Shown here: positions 46,141-48,403 of the stretch, in pieces
How positions within the stretch are numbered: the stretch's first letter is position 1
How the letters are laid out: each line of letters opens with the position of its first letter
Assembly: GCF_001194135.2 (NCBI RefSeq)
Contig: NC_069001.1
Location: forward strand, 22,893,353-22,941,755
Source of the DNA: Octopus bimaculoides
Lineage: Eukaryota
DNA length: 48,403 nucleotides
Reading direction: 5' to 3'
The notes under the pieces: model-generated
Database searches by the model: none
Told to the model about the DNA's origin: nothing
Seen by the model: only the letters and a program-made list of their open reading frames with translations
Made by a program: the position numbers and the translations under genes

Positions 46141-47394
46141 GTTCCCTTTCTGTTTTCAATTTAGAGCAAATTTCGACTGGCCACTGACTTGGTAGTCAGG
46201 TTGTCCTTCATTCTGCATCAAAGCTGAGGATGTTATTTAACTCGTGGTCAGTCCCAATTGATCACATTATGATGTGGGTTGACAGTCAAGCAATTTGAAA
46301 GCAATCCTCACATTGAGAGATGTAGATCAGAGGTCAGTGACCCTTTTTGGAACTAAGTTAGATGGAAATATTTTTATATCTTGCAGAACTTTTCTAATCA
46401 GGAATTGTTTTGTTTTTTTATTTATAAATCAATGACATTGTGTTTAAAAGAGGCTATAGAAACAACAGGCTTATTAAAATATTTCAAACATTTCTGGTTA
46501 TACAATTTTAATGACATAATAATCAGTATGAGCTGTGTGTGACATGATGCATGCAGTGAAGAGTTAAAATATTTTTCACTTGGTTGCATTGTGATGATTG
46601 TGAATTTAAGATAAATGTGATACCACAAGCAAGAAAACATTTCTGTCACTCCTTCTCTTCTTAGAATTGTTTATAAACTATTTTTGTAAAAATGTATGAC
46701 ACATTGTCAGTTTCTACTGCTCCAGTCATTTAAGAAAATGTAAAATATTTGCTATTTAAAATATCACATCTGGGCTAATTTCAATGTTTTTACCAAAATG
46801 AAGGAACAAGATATTTTCTTTTTCTTCTTCTATATTAATGTAAAACATTTATTCAAATTTGTGTCTAAGGAGAGTCATACTGCCTTAATATCTAACACAC
46901 TCACCAGTTCAATTTCTACTCATTTATTATTATTTTTTTTTTGTGTGTGTCTTCCAAAATTTCCATTGCTCTTGCAGCCTTGTCAATAGATGTCAACTCT
47001 GTCCATTACCGGAGCTGGATTCTTTTAGTCTGTTTGAGATCCTGTTGCGTGGTGTTGAGGTATAGATACCCCAATACCAACAGAATATACATACATAGGT
47101 ATATTTGGTAATAGGCAGTTACGTAGGTAAATAGATATGTGGGTAAACAGATAGATACATAGATAATATGGACAGACACACACGCACACACACACACAGA
47201 TTGAGACATAAACACAACTATATATACACACAAACACTCCACATGCATACACACATAATCACATGAATTCATACACATAGACACATTCAAACATGCACAC
47301 ATAAGGAAGCAGAGGTACACACGCAAAAACACGGACACACACATACATACACAAAAACACAAGCATACACACCACAAACACATGAATAAGCAGA

Positions 47395-48133
47395 ATACAT
47401 AAACTTTTTCTGAAGGTAGGAGTCCTAATAATGCTTCTAAGAAAGATCCTCCTAAATTATGCAATAGGACAAGGTTGATTGTGAAGACCTTATCACCTAA
47501 TGTGACAGAAGCTATCATTATTACCAGATGTGCCTCTGTGGAAGAGGTTTTCATTCCAAGAATTTCAATCAAACCAACAGACATGCCATTTGAGTTCAAA
47601 CGAACACAGTTCTCAGTGCAACTTTGCTTCACAATGTCCATTAAAAAGCTCAAGATCAGACTTCGAAATTCACTGGCTTGCACTTAATTAAGCCTTATTT
47701 TTCTTATGGTCAACTTTATGTTGGTTGCTCCAGGGTTGGTAGTTTGCAAGACTTATTTGTTTATGCTCCAAACCAGAAAACAAAGAATGTTGTTTACCCA
47801 GAAACTCTTACATAATTTCCTTCAACATATGTGATAGAATTTATCTCCCTTCATAAAAGTGGTACATTTTGAATTTTCGTTATTTTATTATTATCCCTCT
47901 CATTCTTCGCCCTTGTGGCAAATAAATGAAATCATCATCATTATCATTATTATTATTATCGTTGTTGTTGTTGTTATTTTTATTATTATGAATTAAGAAT
48001 TGATTTCATCATGTGTCCCAATTGAAGAATAAATTGAATTTAGAATAACAATTTCTATACAACATACTTTGCTTTTTTCTCCAATACATAAAGAACAATT
48101 TCATTCCTGGGCAATGCTGGATGCCTCTACTAG
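47395..48133 (+). mobile_element. Helitron 3' fragment: helicase C-terminus, degenerate hairpin and CTAG
   Basis: HKLFLKVGVLIMLLR/DPPKLCNRTRL..VFIPRI..PFEFKRTQFSVQLCFTMSI/..GQLYVGCSRVG..NVVYPETLT* (stop 47813-47815). CTAG-T at 48130-48134. Confidence 0.88.
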
Positions 48134-48211
48134 TATATAAATACATACATACACACACACACACATACACGTGAGTGTGTGTGTGTGTGTATGTGTGTAT
48201 ATATATATATT

Positions 48212-48403
48212 ATCATCATCATCATCATCGTTTAACGTCCGCTTTCCATGCTAGCATGGGTTGGACGATTTGACTGAGGACTGGTGAAACCGGATGGCAA
48301 CACCAGGCTCCAGTCTGATTTGGCAGAGTTTCTACAGCTGGATGCCCTTCCTAACGCCAACCACTCAGAGAGTGTAGTGGGTGCTTTTACGTGTCACCCG
48401 CAC
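48212..48403 (-). mobile_element. RTE-type LINE 3' UTR copy (young), continues beyond window
   Basis: (ATC)n tail; matches 32701-32880. Confidence 0.85.

Noticed and set aside
47006-47683. 225-aa minus-strand ORF
   Set aside because: It is the antisense shadow of the Helitron helicase fragment plus (CA)n low complexity.

Overview
An AT-rich, repeat-saturated animal genomic window. The SINE, microsatellite and LINE make-up suggests an octopus or other coleoid cephalopod (inference, not verified). It has about 4 kb of N gaps in 10 blocks. I found no convincing host exon, rRNA, true tRNA gene or CRISPR array, and most long ORFs in the track are artefacts of N runs or (TA/CA/TATG)n repeats. All recognisable coding sequence is decayed transposon. 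DNA transposon remnants: two Helitron helicase 3' ends, three DD34D mariner remnants (one full length with TIRs), a maT/DD37D-like element, a Tc1 N-terminus and mariner-derived MITEs. Retrotransposon remnants: RTE fragments, two stacked R4/Dong-like elements with (TAA)n tails and a Penelope-like GIY-YIG element. There are also several tRNA-derived SINE families and at least five short foldback elements. The most notable observations are degenerate hammerhead-ribozyme-like motifs (one inside a 355-bp-period direct repeat, retrozyme-like), a 7-copy head-to-tail SINE array chained through (TAA)n tails, an apparent 5'-inverted (twin-priming-like) RTE insertion, and a 17-bp minisatellite that grew out of retrotransposon coding sequence where the zinc knuckle should be.
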